NCBI RefSeq assembly: GCF_009914755.1
Contig: NC_060942.1
Strand: one strand, 5' to 3'
Length of the DNA stretch: 64,000 bases
Source: the human T2T-CHM13v2.0 reference genome, Homo sapiens
In this document: piece by piece, positions 1-19,667 of the stretch
How positions within the stretch are numbered: position 1 is the first letter of the stretch
Layout of the letters: each line of letters opens with the position of its first letter
Translations under genes and position numbers: made by a program
Notes under the pieces: model-generated
The model's input: the letters and a program-made list of their open reading frames with translations, nothing else
Database searches by the model: none
Told to the model about the DNA's origin: nothing

Positions 1-420
1 GCTGAGGTAGGAGGACTGCTTGAGCCTGGGAGTTCGAGACCAGCCTAGGCAACATAGTGAGACCCCATATCCACAAAAAATTTAAAAAAGGAGTTTGTGT
101 TCCTGTAGTAGCATAGTTGGGAGGTTGAGGTGGCAGTATCACTTGAGCCCGGGAGTTCAAGGCTAAAGTGAGCTGATTGAGCCATTGCACTCCAGCCTGA
201 GCGACAGAGAGATACGCTGTCTCAAAGGAAATACAAATTAAAAAACCAGCCAGGCATGCTGGCGTGTGCCTGTAGTCTCAGCTACTTGGGACACTGAAGT
301 GGGAGGATCGCTTGAGCCCAGGAGTTCAAGGCTGCCGTGAGCTATGATTGTGCCTCTGCAGTCCAGCCTGGGTGACAGAGAAAGACCCTGTCTCTTAAAA
401 AAAAAAAAAAAAAAAAAAAA
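1..420 (+). mobile_element. Two old Alu pieces (AluJ-like element cut by the window edge; right monomer with poly-A)
   Basis: GCTGAGG...GAGACCAGCCT, CACTCCAGCCTG motifs; A tail ending at 420. Confidence 0.85.
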
Positions 421-539
421 CTTAGATAAGAGGATGCTGTGCCTCCCTGGGGGTCTTCAGTCACCCATGGTCCTGGCAAGAGAGGAGGGCCAGGAGAGAG
501 CTTCACCCACTTGCTGTCCTGCCCATGTGACATCCGCAG

Positions 540-646
540 GTGCTGCCATGGCCACGACTGTTGTTACACTCGAGCTGAGGAGGCCGGCAGCAGCCCCAAG
601 ACAGAGTGCTACTCCTGGCAGTGCGTCAATCAGAGCGTCCTGTGCG
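540..646 (+). pseudogene. PLA2G10: Duplicated PLA2G10 (group X secretory phospholipase A2) catalytic exon; partial pseudogene copy
   Basis: CAG|G TGC TGC CAT GGC CAC GAC TGT TGT TAC... reads CCHGHDCCYTRAEEAGSSPKTECYSWQCVNQSVLC with the sPLA2 CCxxHDxCY motif; GT donor at 647; no downstream PLA2G10 exon seen. Confidence 0.88.
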
Positions 647-714
647 GTGAGAGCCCAGCAGCACCATGCCACCCACCCCGAGTATCCCCTGGGCACCCTG
701 GCATAGCCAGATGA

Positions 715-1470
<756 letters not shown>

Positions 1471-1754
1471 AATAATAATAGTAATAATATTTTACATAAC
1501 CAACCACTTCTAAAGATTAAAAAAAACCCTACAATTAAAAACCTCAGGTCCCTCAGGCAATCATACCAGATATTGAAACAAAGCAATAACATAAGGACTG
1601 CAGTATTTATTTTATTTTTATATTATTTATTTATTCTTTGTTAGTTTGTTTTTGGAGTGTGGGTTTTGTTTTATTTTTTGATTTTTTTCTTTTTTTCGAC
1701 CCACGGATTTATTCTTGTTGCCCAGGCTTGAGTGCAATGGCGTGTTCTCAGCTT

Positions 1755-1915
1755 ACTCAACCTCCGCCTCTTGGGTTTGGGTAATTGTTGTGTCTCGGCC
1801 TCCCTCTGCCTCTTGGGCTTGGGTGGTTGTTACACCTCATCCGCCCTCCACCTCTTGGGTTTCGGTGATTGTTCCACCTCATCCACACTCCACCTCTTGG
1901 GTTTGGGTGGTTTTT
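1755..1915 (-). repeat. 42-bp coding VNTR (14 aa, KPKRWxxDEVEQxP), about 4 units
   Basis: CCTCTTGGG recurs at 1767, 1809, 1851, 1893. Confidence 0.9.
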
Positions 1916-2279
1916 TTGCCTCGGCCTCCTGAGTAGCTAAGGGAGGAGTCTTGAGATTATCATCCACTGAGGGTGGAAGAGGAGAGGGTGGAAGAGGGGC
2001 AAGGAGACACTCCTTGAGATTATCATCCACTGAGGGTGGAAGAGGAGAGGGTGGAAGAGGAGCAAGAGGACACTCCTTGATATTATCATCCACTGAGGGT
2101 GGAAGGGGACGAAGGAGACATTCGGGAGGTGTCTTGAGGCTCAGGGAGTTATCAGTTATAGAATGTTGAGTTGGAGGAGGTGGCTGGCGGCCCATCCTGT
2201 TTTTTAAAGTTTCAGCTGTGAGGTAGGGCCAGTAGGGCAATCCTGAAGAATGACGATGCTCCGCTGCCGCCATTCTGAC
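1830..2279 (-). CDS. NPIP exon 8 (terminal coding exon), ending at a premature TAA
   Basis: CTACAG|GTCAGA acceptor; [30 protein letters not shown]...PLPPSVDDN repeats...[10 protein letters not shown]; the frame stays open 52 more codons to TAA at 1671-1673. Confidence 0.92.
   Translation of the reverse strand, partial: VRMAAAEHRHSSGLPYWPYLTAETLKNRMGRQPPPPTQHSITDNSLSLKTPPECLLRPLPPSVDDNIKECPLAPLPPSPLPPSVDDNLKECLLAPLPPSPLPPSVDDNLKTPPLATQEAEAKKPPKPKRWSVDEVEQSPKPKRWRADEV
1951..2108 (-). repeat. 63-bp coding VNTR (21 aa, [21 protein letters not shown]), about 2.5 units
   Basis: TTGA(G/T)ATTATCATCCACTGAGGG recurs at 1951, 2014, 2077. Confidence 0.9.
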
Positions 2280-3629
2280 CTGTAGGGCCGAAGAAGGGAA
2301 TGTTTTCACACATATTCATTTGATGGACAAAATTACCGCCACCAACACGGTCTGCACCTTCTGTTGCTGGTGATAGATTTTTGCACCTTTCCATCCTCCA
2401 GGTTTCAAAATAGCAGTATCAGTGTCATAATATCACCCTTCCACTGAGTACTGCCGACAGCTGGGGGGTAAAGAAAAGTCATTGGGACACACTGTTGTCT
2501 CCACATGCCACTGTGTCTGTCTGCAAATGTAGGCAGGCTGGGGTCCTGCCCCAGGGAAGACAGAGTCATAACAGAGTAATAAAGAAGCATGTTTGAGACA
2601 CAGGAGTGTCTATGTCTATCCTCATTCCTCCCTCACAGACATCACCAGAGCATGTTTCTTGCACCAGGTCAACAGACAGTAAGAGAGGCATGAAAAGCCC
2701 ATTGTCCACACATGTTGCAGCTTCTTTTTGGAGAATGTTTTCCAGGCCTTTTATGTTCTGTCTCTGATTCTCAGAACTCTGCAAGGTCAGTGTGACCACC
2801 CTGCTCCAAATCTAAGAAAACAGAGGTTTCCAGAGGAAGGAGAAATTGTGCCCAGGGTCACACAGCTTGCAAGAGGCAGAGTGGAAGTTGATTCCAGCTC
2901 TGCCTGCAGGACCCTCTCATTTCCCCTCTGTTTCCCTTCTTGACAAAGGATCTTCTTCACTCTGGAGGTGCCACCCATGAGAACAAAGAGCTCTGGAGAG
3001 ATGTGGATTCCTGAAGAGCTGCAGGGGAACTGGGAGAGGGTTTTCTGACAGAACAATCTTACCTCAAGAAGTCAGTTGGGCATGGCTGTAATATTTCTTT
3101 TCACTCCCAGGTAATACCAAATTGTAAGTGCACTAGGACATAAAGAATACTTTTGTCCATGGAAAAATGAGGTGGGAATTCTAAACAAAGCAAGTTTTAA
3201 AACTGTGTTTCACTTCAAGTGTACAAGTCCCATCACGTGTAATCATAGGACTCGGCAGCTTTTGAAGGTACAGAGGCCACACAAGAACCAGCTTAGCTGA
3301 GCATCATTTAAGGCCTTCATTTGGAATTGTCCCTGTGGGTAATAAGTTACATTCACTCTTCACTAATTTACAGTCAGGGCCCATTTGCTATTACAAATAC
3401 GGAACCTCTGACACTTAGAATATTAGATCAGGGGCCCCACTGGGTGGGGATGAAGGTGTTTTTGCGCAACACGGTTACCAACAGGGATGGGACTGTGAGG
3501 CTTGTAGGCAGCCCTTCTCTCTGCCATCTCCCTCTGCAGGGCTTGAGCACAGAGCTGTAGGGAGAAAAATGTATCCATGTCCTGACCTGGCAGACTATGT
3601 CCAAAAGCAAGGAAAACAAGCAAACTTAC

Positions 3630-3665
3630 CCAGTTGCAAAGAGGCTTTCTTGCAGAAGGGGGGAT
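3630..3665 (-). CDS. NPIP exon 7 (36 bp, IPPSARKPLCNW)
   Basis: TTTCAG|ATC...TGG|GTAAGT. Confidence 0.9.
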
Positions 3666-3774
3666 CTGAAAAAGCCAATACATGAGAAATTGAATGTTGA
3701 GAGAGTCTAAGGGCCGTGGCATCATCTGCATCAGCACTGAACTATCCTGCAACTGCGGGGAGGAGGCTCCTTAC

Positions 3775-3835
3775 TTTGCGTTTGTGGTAGTCCTCTGCCC
3801 GCCGCCGCAACTCTTGCGCACGTTGAAACATTTTC
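3775..3835 (-). CDS. NPIP exon 6 (61 bp, KMFQRAQELRRRAEDYHKRK)
   Basis: CATAG|GAAAATG...CGCAAA|GTAAG. Confidence 0.9.
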
Positions 3836-3989
3836 CTATGGATTACAATCACTTTCATCAGATAAAGCACCACTTTCAGGATGATTTTAAATAATCTGCC
3901 ATGTTTCTGTTATCCTCACAACTGTACCCTTACACAATCTATCTATACCTAGAAAACGTATTTCAGATGGCTATAAGAGTACAGTCTGA

Positions 3990-4403
<414 letters not shown>

Positions 4404-4853
4404 CTAATTCATCCTTCATTGAGCATCTTTTATCATAAAGCTGTATTCTCTTTGTATTAATATCCTTACCGTGTTTCACAGGGCAGAAACAGCTGGGCTT
4501 ATAAACAGGCATAGTCCTTTTGAAGGATGTGGTTGATCCTACAACAACACACTTTCCTAAGGATGACAACAACTCACCCCACCCCTAGAATGGCTGGTAT
4601 GAACCGAGTTTCCACACAGTCTAGCTGGCAATGGGGTCAGGAGACGTTTTGCTACTTCACATCTTTTGGTCACTGGTAAATATTAAGGTACTTTGTTTTC
4701 TGTTTTGTGAACTCTCTCTCTCTCTCTCTCGATATGTCTTCTGACCATTTGTTTCTATTTCTGCATTTACTGGGTCTAAACACTGTACAGAGGTTAAAAA
4801 CAACACTCCAATGGGCGTTTCCCAAGAGGGTGGGGTTCAGTTTCTGAACTCAC

Positions 4854-4961
4854 TTGTAGGTGTGTATTTCTTTCATATCCAATTTCCCATTTTCCTCTGC
4901 CTCTGATACCTGCCTCTCCTTTTCTGCATGCTCACATTCTTTCATGCTTAGTTTCCTCAGA
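4854..4961 (-). other. NPIP exon 5 homolog (108 bp, [35 protein letters not shown]) with dead acceptor
   Basis: Preceded by CCCTTCTAA instead of ...TAG; donor GTGAGT intact. Confidence 0.85.
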
Positions 4962-6792
4962 TTAGAAGGGAGAGAAATGCACACACATGATCCACCAGCC
5001 CGTGTGGGATTCCCTCTGCCCTTCTGGCATCTGAAGGCTGTGATTCAAAGATCCCCCCTGCAACCTTCCCACAAATGAACCAACTGATTCTCACAACCGA
5101 AGGGAGAATTGACACCTCCCATTGAGGGACAAAAAAAAAGTCACACTCTGGCCTGCTGGCAAGTCACCTGTCATTTCCAGCTCATCTTCATAGTTCCATA
5201 GTTAGTCCTACTCTTTAGTAAATATAAAGACTATTAAAAGCTTCTATGAGGTGCACTATGTGTGTCTCTGGGGTCAGTCTTGTGCTTGACACAGCGAAAG
5301 CTCATTTTAGTTCAGTGTGAAAAACCAGACCTCACCAATTCATCACAACTAACTCCATCGGAAGCAGAGGATTGCTCCTCATCTGACTCCTCCTGTGTGA
5401 GACCTGATTCTCAGTCAGAGGCTGATGCCGGAACTGAGACCATCAGCCATAGAGAGATCCTTCCAGAATATGGTGTCATTAACCCCGCAGTTCACTACTG
5501 CACTTTGCCATGATTCAGGACTGGAACTCTTGTGATCGACTTTAAAGATCCTGGTTGAGAGAAAAGGCAATCTGAATGCTGGGCACATCTATTGAATTAC
5601 AAATGATTGGAATGGCTCCTAAGTCAGGGTGTTATGTCCTGAAAATAGGTGACAACGGCAAACCATCCACCCTGGTGTTGACTGACTTTAACAAGGTTCA
5701 GTTCACAGAGATTGAGGGCAGAAAAAGGAAATGGCCTAAAGAGGGTAAGTTTGCTGTGTTGCCCTCACACCACTTGATTCATGGTCCTGATCCTAAGGAT
5801 CTCACCTGATACTTGGTTTTATAGGAAGGATGTGTAAAATTCCCAGAACGCTAGGAAACAGGGACGAAAACACTTCAAAGAGAAAGTTAATGAACTTGTT
5901 TCTGACCACAGGGCATCCTTCAGCACATGCTGTCTGGAGTGGCCTCAAACAAGGAGTGTGTGGTGAGGTGCTGAGAATGCAATGGGAGCAGGGTCCTGTC
6001 CCCACGCTAAAGAAGCTCACAGTTTAATGCAAATGAGAAGCCAGTGAGGACATCACTACTCCTGCTGTGCACTTGGGAACTAGAAACACAAAACCTGACT
6101 CTGGAGGGAAGCTAAGGAAGCATTCTACTCTTGAGTTGACATAAGTGCATCTGAAGCTTCTGATCTCCGATGAGAACAATGGGGGACACCAAACAGAATA
6201 TAAAACCCATGATTGAATACATCAAATTGCTAACATGGCAGTAAACAGACATGAGGTGAAGATGGAGAAGAAGGAAACCCAGGACGAAAGTCAGCCTCGC
6301 ATTTGGAACCCATTTCCCTGAGTTTCATTGCTGAATTCCAGAAGGAACTACTGAGATGCAAAGAAGCACAGCAGCTTTTGCACACATGCGTGGGATTAGA
6401 TGGAAAACAAGTGGATTGAGGGTCTGCCAATGAAAGCTACCCATACTGAAGTCCACTGGCTCTGGTTGAGACCCAGAAGAGTCATGCATCAGAATAAAGG
6501 TGGACAGGAAATACCCTGGCCTTTGTAGGGACTGAGCCTGCACCGACGACCTCAATTGCAGCCTGTATGGAGGACCCCTGACCATCCCCCAGAAGTAGAC
6601 TCCCATCTCTTCTGCAGCAAGATAACATGCTGCTAGGCCTCAATTCATTGCTAAATATTTTGTAACAAGTATCTCACATTTAACAAAAAAAGATCAGTCA
6701 TATGGCAGCAAAATACAATGTAATATGACCAAAACATGAAAGACTGTGAAAATGAATCTGGAGGTGACCCAAGCATTGAATTCAACAATCCA

Positions 6793-7722
<930 letters not shown>

Positions 7723-7940
7723 CTAGCAATTCCTCTTCCCCCGAAAAAATGACAAACAAGAATGTAGGAAGGGAAAGGAATTATACAGCTTAAACTAATG
7801 AAGCAGAAAGGACAAACTCAATTTTGAACCCACTGAATTTGCCACAAATATTGTAGAAAATATTCTCAAGGACTTTACAGTTGTCTACTTTGATTGGCAC
7901 ATGGTTCATACAACAGTATTTGTGTCAAGGCACATCTTAC

Positions 7941-8085
7941 TGGTTTTTGGCGGTCTTCCTCTTTCCATTGATTTTGTCATGATGGTTGATTTTCGTTGTC
8001 ACCTTCCTCTTACGGATTTTAGCTCTAACTTTTGTTTCCACATGTCTCCATAGAGTAATGACGTCTTTCAGGCCAATTTTATTTC
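7941..8085 (-). CDS. NPIP exon 4 (145 bp; alternative upstream acceptor extends it to 8136)
   Basis: TTCCAG|GAAATAAAATT; GNKIGLKDVITLWRHVETKVRAKIRKRKVTTKINHHDKINGKRKTAKN; donor GTAAG. Confidence 0.92.
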
Positions 8086-8248
8086 CTGGAAAGGAAGAAA
8101 CTCTTTTCTTTGTGTGCATACAAATGGACCTCAGCCCTTGGTGAGAGTGAGGAGAGGAGAAGGTGAGAAACCTGAGGGCAAGAAGCTGTTCTTTCCCTTT
8201 CCAGGGCAAACTCATTTCCACACTATGGGGACTCCAACAGAGCCATAC

Positions 8249-8348
8249 CTTCCTGTCTACAGCGGTTGGACCTCCAGGCTCTCTGCTGTACATCCGTGGA
8301 TCCATCATGTCCATTTCGAGACCACAAGATAGTCTTCAGGAGAGACAT
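8249..8348 (-). CDS. NPIP exon 3 (100 bp)
   Basis: TTCCTAG|ATGTCTCTC...CAGGAAG|GTATGG; [33 protein letters not shown]. Confidence 0.92.
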
Positions 8349-8374
8349 CTAGGAAATAATAATATAAGAATGAC

Positions 8375-9327
<953 letters not shown>

Positions 9328-9754
9328 CTAAACTGTACACTTCAACACGGTTAGATGGTTATTATCATCTTATAAGTATTTTACCACAGGTTAACATGTT
9401 TCACAACTTGAAAAGGAAGTAATTACCTTCAGCTCTCTGAGTTCTAGAATTTTGTAACATTTCACCCCCTGCTCCTTCCTGATCTGCACTGGAGCATCTT
9501 CCTTCTGTCCCTGCTCTACTCAGAGTTCACTTTCCCTTCCCTCACATCAGCTTCATTGAGGCTGGTTTGAACTTAACGCAAAACATTCTCACTAATGACT
9601 GAATTCCCACCAAGATTTCCATATTATCACAGTGTGCTTTTAATCTTCTAAGATATTAAATATTTGTTCTCATCATAGCTAAAATGCAATGCAAATCCCA
9701 TCTCAGATGTGGGTCAGATACCTATGAATCTCCTGAGGTAGTCATTGAAATGAC

Positions 9755-10780
<1,026 letters not shown>

Positions 10781-11189
10781 TTATACCGAAAATTCTCTGT
10801 TCAGGACTAAGTGGCATAGAGAATGTTAAATGTGCCTAGATATCTTCATAACTCATATATTTTCTGTTTTCTACATATCTTGAAAGGCAGTGCCAAATGA
10901 CGTGTAATTATCTAGGTGGTAAAACTGAAACATACTTTATATTCCCTTGAATATAAAAAAGCATTGTGGTATTAGTACTTTTATCTTGGATCATTGTTCA
11001 GAAGGAGGTTCAGCCCCCAGACAACCACATTTTTACTGTCATGAATGGCAAGACAAAATGTAGAGCTCAACTTACCCAAAGGAAAAAAGGCTCAAAAGAC
11101 AAATTATGGCACAACTTAGCAGCCATATTCTTACCAAGTACAGACTTTTGCCATATTGATCTCTCTCCAGTTGCAAGTGGGAAAATGCA

Positions 11190-11646
11190 CTTTGAATGAT
11201 GTCATTCAAAATTACCCTGCCCAGACACACTTTTCATTGATTCTCTTGGAGGGCAGTTCTAAGAGATTCTCTGGGGCTTTCTCTGCATCATGAGACGCAG
11301 TGCAGTTCTGCCCTTCACCTTCCGGCAGTTTGTCACCTCGTCCCTATGACCTCAGAGGAACTTTGTCTCAGGCCAATTGTTTGTTCCTTGGCCTCTTTCA
11401 TTTCCCCTAAAAATCATTTGCTGCCCCTCTAAATGGCCTACATCTCCATCTATCTCCCTCTCCCCTCAGAAGAGGGTGCTCTTTAAGCATCAACCATCCG
11501 GCCCTTCTAGCAGTCTCATTTTTCAGCTTGTTCCCATGTTTATGCCTGTTCTATGTTTTTCTTTTCCTGTTAAGCTGTCTGTAGTCAGCTCATTTCTGCA
11601 GTGAATCTTCAGAGAGGAGATTGGAAGCTTTCCTTCCACCCATACG
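11190..11646 (+). mobile_element. Degenerate ERV1-class LTR
   Basis: Typical U5-like end TTTTCTTTTCCTGTTAAGCTGTCT...GTGAATCTTCAGAGAGG...TTCCTT. Confidence 0.55.
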
Positions 11647-11976
11647 ATAGAACTATAAAGCAGAAGAGTTTAGAAAGAATTTCCTTTTTAAGTGATGAAA
11701 CCTCATACTCCATTTGTAATAAATAGCACAAAGGTTAAAAAAGCTTATTTTTCACCAAAAGCTCTGTTGACATTCTATTAAACAAACACCGACCTATTTA
11801 ATTTTTGTAATGCAAATGGCAGATATTTTCATAATTCTTATGCTAATAAATCATTTCCCTGATTTTTTGGGTAAAACCACATATTCATAATGAAGTCCAG
11901 AAACGTGAATTGTTTTATATAATTTATTCTTATTTGTGATTACAAGTATACCTCTACAGAAAGTTAGTATACTCAC

Positions 11977-12105
11977 CCAAAGGTAAACTGTCCAGAGGAT
12001 AATGAAAACTTTATAACTTCTCGGAAACGCAATAATGAAATGTAACCAAGGACTTCCACGAAAGCCAGTCCCACAATGATGATGGTCAGCCAGAGTATTG
12101 ATAAC
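11977..12105 (-). CDS. NPIP exon 2 (129 bp, hydrophobic segment)
   Basis: TTCCAG|GTTATC...CTTTGG|GTGAGT; [43 protein letters not shown]. Confidence 0.92.
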
Positions 12106-12439
12106 CTGGAATAATAATAGTTGAAATAATGAAAAGGTCAATGACACTGACAATATTTCACTCAGAAAGAATCATCCTTAGAAACCGTCAACCTCCTCCA
12201 AAAGGTAACCACATCCCTCAGATATCACCGTGGGATTCCACTGCTACAAAAAAGAACAGAAGTTAGAAGTCACATGTTTTTCAGATGGCTAGTAGTGTTT
12301 GTAGGCATTGCCAATGTGGGGTGTTGTCTTTCTTGGTATAAAGCAGGGATATCCAATCTTTTGACTTCCCTGCCTATATTAAAAGAAGCAAAGTTGTCTT
12401 GAGCTACACATAACATACACTAACACTAACAATAGCTGA

Positions 12440-15535
<3,096 letters not shown>

Positions 15536-15605
15536 GTGTAATTTCATGCCGCGTGACACAGCCCAGTAAAAAGGAAGAAACCCCACGGGTCCAGCGTCTA
15601 CTCAC

Positions 15606-15680
15606 ACAGATGCACTGACGGCTGATAAATTCCAGCAGGAGCCCAAAGAGGAGCCAAAAGAGCATCCACCGCACCCGCAT
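15606..15680 (-). CDS. NPIP alternative first coding exon MRVR (signal-peptide-like, 25 aa)
   Basis: ATGCGGGTGCGG... MRVRWMLFWLLFGLLLEFISRQCIC|GTGAGT, phase 0 to exon 2. Confidence 0.85.
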
Positions 15681-15719
15681 GTCCTGGTCCTTTCAGGGCG
15701 CCCTGAGGCGGCCAGGACA

Positions 15720-15920
15720 GAGGTGGAGGTGGCTTAGGGCAGGGGGGAGGGAAGGGGACGGGGACCGGGGCTGGATCTGAGTTGGGGAGGGGGAGGGGAG
15801 GGGGAGGGGAAGGGGAGGGGAAGGGGGGAAGTAAGGGAAGGGAAAGGAGGAGAAGGGGGCTGTTGGGCACCTGGAGGAGGTGGAGGAGGAGGAGGAGAAG
15901 AAGAAAGGGGTCTGGGAAAG
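15720..15920 (+). promoter_or_regulatory. Polypurine G-tract region upstream of the MRVR exon (candidate promoter, G4/triplex-prone)
   Basis: (GGGGA)n, GGGAAGGG and (GGA)n runs in a CpG-containing context. Confidence 0.55.
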
Positions 15921-16407
15921 GATCCAGTTCAAATTAAGTTCTCAAGCGCTGGTGGAAGGTTTAGCTACAGGTCACGGAGAAGATCAGGGAAGCAACAGGA
16001 CACGCGGGGCAAGGGAGCGTGAGGCTTAGGAGCAATTAGAGGGAGACAAAAAGGTTCTGCTATTCACCAAACCTTCTTCGGTCTGGGCCCTCCCTTAGCT
16101 ACCCTGGGGCTTTAGACTCCCTCTCCACCAGTCCCTGATGACTCCGGTGGTGCCTCACAATGGACAATGCCAAGTAGCGCCCGCATCATTCCAATGACCC
16201 CTCCCCCATCTCAGTCTCCCACACTCCTCCCGAAGACAGGTCCTCTCCGGAACCTTCACAAACCTGATTTCTGGTCCTCCCCAACCAGCTCCCTGTCCCT
16301 GCTTCTGGGCGCTCCTTCCTTCCTGAGCTCCCAGGGTTCCTCAAGGTCAATTTGGTGACAAAACATAAAAAACAAATGATGGCAGGATGGCAGGAAGAAC
16401 CTCATAC

Positions 16408-16470
16408 CCAAGCAGAGTGCCAGGTTTTACAGCCTCCGCTCAGCCATTCATATCCTAAGCAACAAAACAT
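16408..16470 (-). CDS. NPIP alternative first coding exon MFCC (21 aa)
   Basis: [21 protein letters not shown]|GTATGA, matching the NPIPA-type N-terminus. Confidence 0.88.
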
Positions 16471-16554
16471 CAGCAGGATGCGGAAGGTCCCGATAGTAAA
16501 CCATCTCCATCACATCCATGTAGCCATCCGTCCATCAACCTGTATCTCAGGAAC

Positions 16555-16790
16555 AAATGTAGATACATTCATTTTAAGCATGCATGGTACATTTACAAAA
16601 ATTAACCTGACTTATTTTGTTCCAGCAAATCTCAATATATTTGAGAGCAATCAAATCACACAGCATGTTTCTGATCATATAACTGTGCTAGAAGTCAATG
16701 ATTAAAAGCTAATTCAAAATTATTATTTGCTCGGAAATTCAAAGTGCCCTTATAAGACATAAACATAAGAAAGAATCCAAAATGAAACAA
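16555..16790 (+). mobile_element. Old L1 ORF2 endonuclease-region fragment
   Basis: Translation TFILSMHGTFTKINL...QITQHVSDHITVLEVN resembles L1 EN YTFFSxxHGTFSKID...FSDH. Confidence 0.7.
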
Positions 16791-17463
16791 GATTGCCTTT
16801 CAACTCAATGATAAGATCATAACATGGCAATAAAATGTCTCCCTCTGGCCTGGGAATTCCTCTTTGTGGCACAAGATTGTGTGATCTCAAATCACCCCAA
16901 CCCACCTAGACATTTTAACATCCGAAACCGAGTGATGATGTCCTTATCTATATCATCTTACTGCCTGTGTGTGTGGACTTTAAATTCTGAACCCAAATGA
17001 GGGGGAGAAAACCAAGTTGACCTTCATGATTGACCTCTCAGGGATGTCCAAGGAATCTGTGCATTTCAAGAAACAAAGTTCATCAGCTTCTCTCCTAAGG
17101 TATTTGCCCACAATACCCAGAGGGCTTGGCAGCATCATGTGTGATGGGTGGGGAGCTCCAAGCAGGTGGGCAGGACCCAGGGGCCTGGTGACCAGGACAG
17201 ACCCCCACTGTCCATCACCTTTCCTGGCCCTGTCCTCTGCTAAACTTCCCGCAGGCCTTCTGCCTGATCACACAGAGTATGCCCAAACTCTCTCAGGCCT
17301 CTGGCAGCTGAAAACCACTGCTTTAAATCCCTTTGCCATTTACTATGACATAAGGTTATTGTAAACAGGAAATATTCTATTGATGCTACAAATGGAAAGC
17401 CAATGCCTTTACCATAAATAGAAAAACAACCCTAAGAAGCAAGCAAAACAAAAACAAAACAGG

Positions 17464-18220
<757 letters not shown>

Positions 18221-19471
18221 TTAGAGCAAAAGTGAATGGCAGAGAGTACTATAATGTCCATGAAGGCCTGCTAGAGTCACCGTGATCATAGCCCAAGCAG
18301 AGACAGGGAAAGGAAGATGTGAGCGGAGTTTGGGGTCTCGAACAATGGAGGTTATTCGTGCAGCCCAGGAAAGGCTCCCCAAAGCCAGGATCAACCTCCC
18401 TTGCAGGCGGTCCCTCATGGAGGCATGGCCAGGCACCTTAGATTTGAGACCAGCTATGTTGCTGCTGAACAGCTGTGTGACCCTGGGCTGGTTTCCTTCC
18501 ATACAATGGGAGTGCCAATGGCTGCATGCATGCAAAGACCGTCTGAGGATAGGAGGAAGCAATCTGTTGAGCACCCGTGTACCTGAGTGTCATCACCTCC
18601 CAAGGGCATCCTTCGTTCCAGAGCTGGCACCTTGGAAGGCCCTTGGTCACTGAAGGCAGTGATGATGGTAACAGCAGTAAATCATCATTTACGGCTGATG
18701 AGGGAAGGCCAGGGGTAGGGCTCCTAGGTCCTGGATAAGAATGAGGGTCTGGGCACTCCTGGGGACAGCTGAGTGGTAGGACTCCTGGGTCCCCAGGGGG
18801 CAGGTCCATCTTCAGTGGCATTGGGCCTAGGCTGGGATGCTGAGTTATCCACTGGAGCATCAGCAGTACAGGCAGGCACAGAGGCAGTGGATCCATCGGA
18901 GGTGGCAGGTGTAGGATCGTCTGGTGAGCAAGTAGAGTCACCAAGTCTGGCTGACCACTACCCCCACTACCCCCACTATCCCCACAGACGATGCCCTGTC
19001 CCTTGCCTCATGCTCCGGCAGGGTACAGGCTCGCACCTGGGGCCTCATGGAGCATCTCTCTAAGACCTCTGTGTCCTGGTCATTGAATGGGCACTTGAGT
19101 CACCCAGGGCCATTGGAACAAAGAGGAAGAATCAGGCCCCACGATGTTTTGGGAGAGTGTTTAGCACAGGAAAATGCACAGAATACATGCACGACATGGG
19201 GGCACTGTCAGTGTGGGAGCAATGGTTTACAACCTCCAGCCCTAATCTGAGCACTCTCACCTGTGCAATCTGAAAGGAACAGGAGACTTGTAGGAAAGAC
19301 AGTGCCTGGATTTAACTTAAAGGAACTAAAATGTTGGAATTTTTACTCTTGATATCCTTCCAAATCAACTCTCTCAATGTTCCCATCCTCAAAACTATCA
19401 TATGGGGTAACTGAGGCAGTCAGAGGTTTACTGACTCAATGTCACTCAATTGATTCTGAGTTCACTGCTGA

Positions 19472-19558
19472 TTACATCCGACCAAACTGCTTTTTCTGAA
19501 GTCTACTCTGTTTAATCATGCTGGTGATGATTTTGTGCAGCTCTGGGACAAACTCCAC
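19472..19558 (-). pseudogene. ACSM (medium-chain acyl-CoA synthetase, ACSM1-like) last-exon remnant
   Basis: CAG|GTGGAGTTT; VEFVPELHKIITSMIKQSRLQKKQFGRM* resembles the ACSM C-terminus [28 protein letters not shown]. Confidence 0.78.
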
Positions 19559-19667
19559 CTGGCTGAAGATAAAGCAAATCTGCGGTGACTTAGTCCTCCT
19601 GTCATTTCCCATCAGTTCCCCACTCTCCTCCTCTGCCCCTCCACAGTCTCCCATGCAGGCTGACACT

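Noticed and set aside
2388-2460. Possible extra NPIP exon in the last intron (CCCCCAG|CTGTC...GGAAAG|GTGC)
   Set aside because: 73 nt would break the frame, the donor is weak, and it is not needed for the ORF
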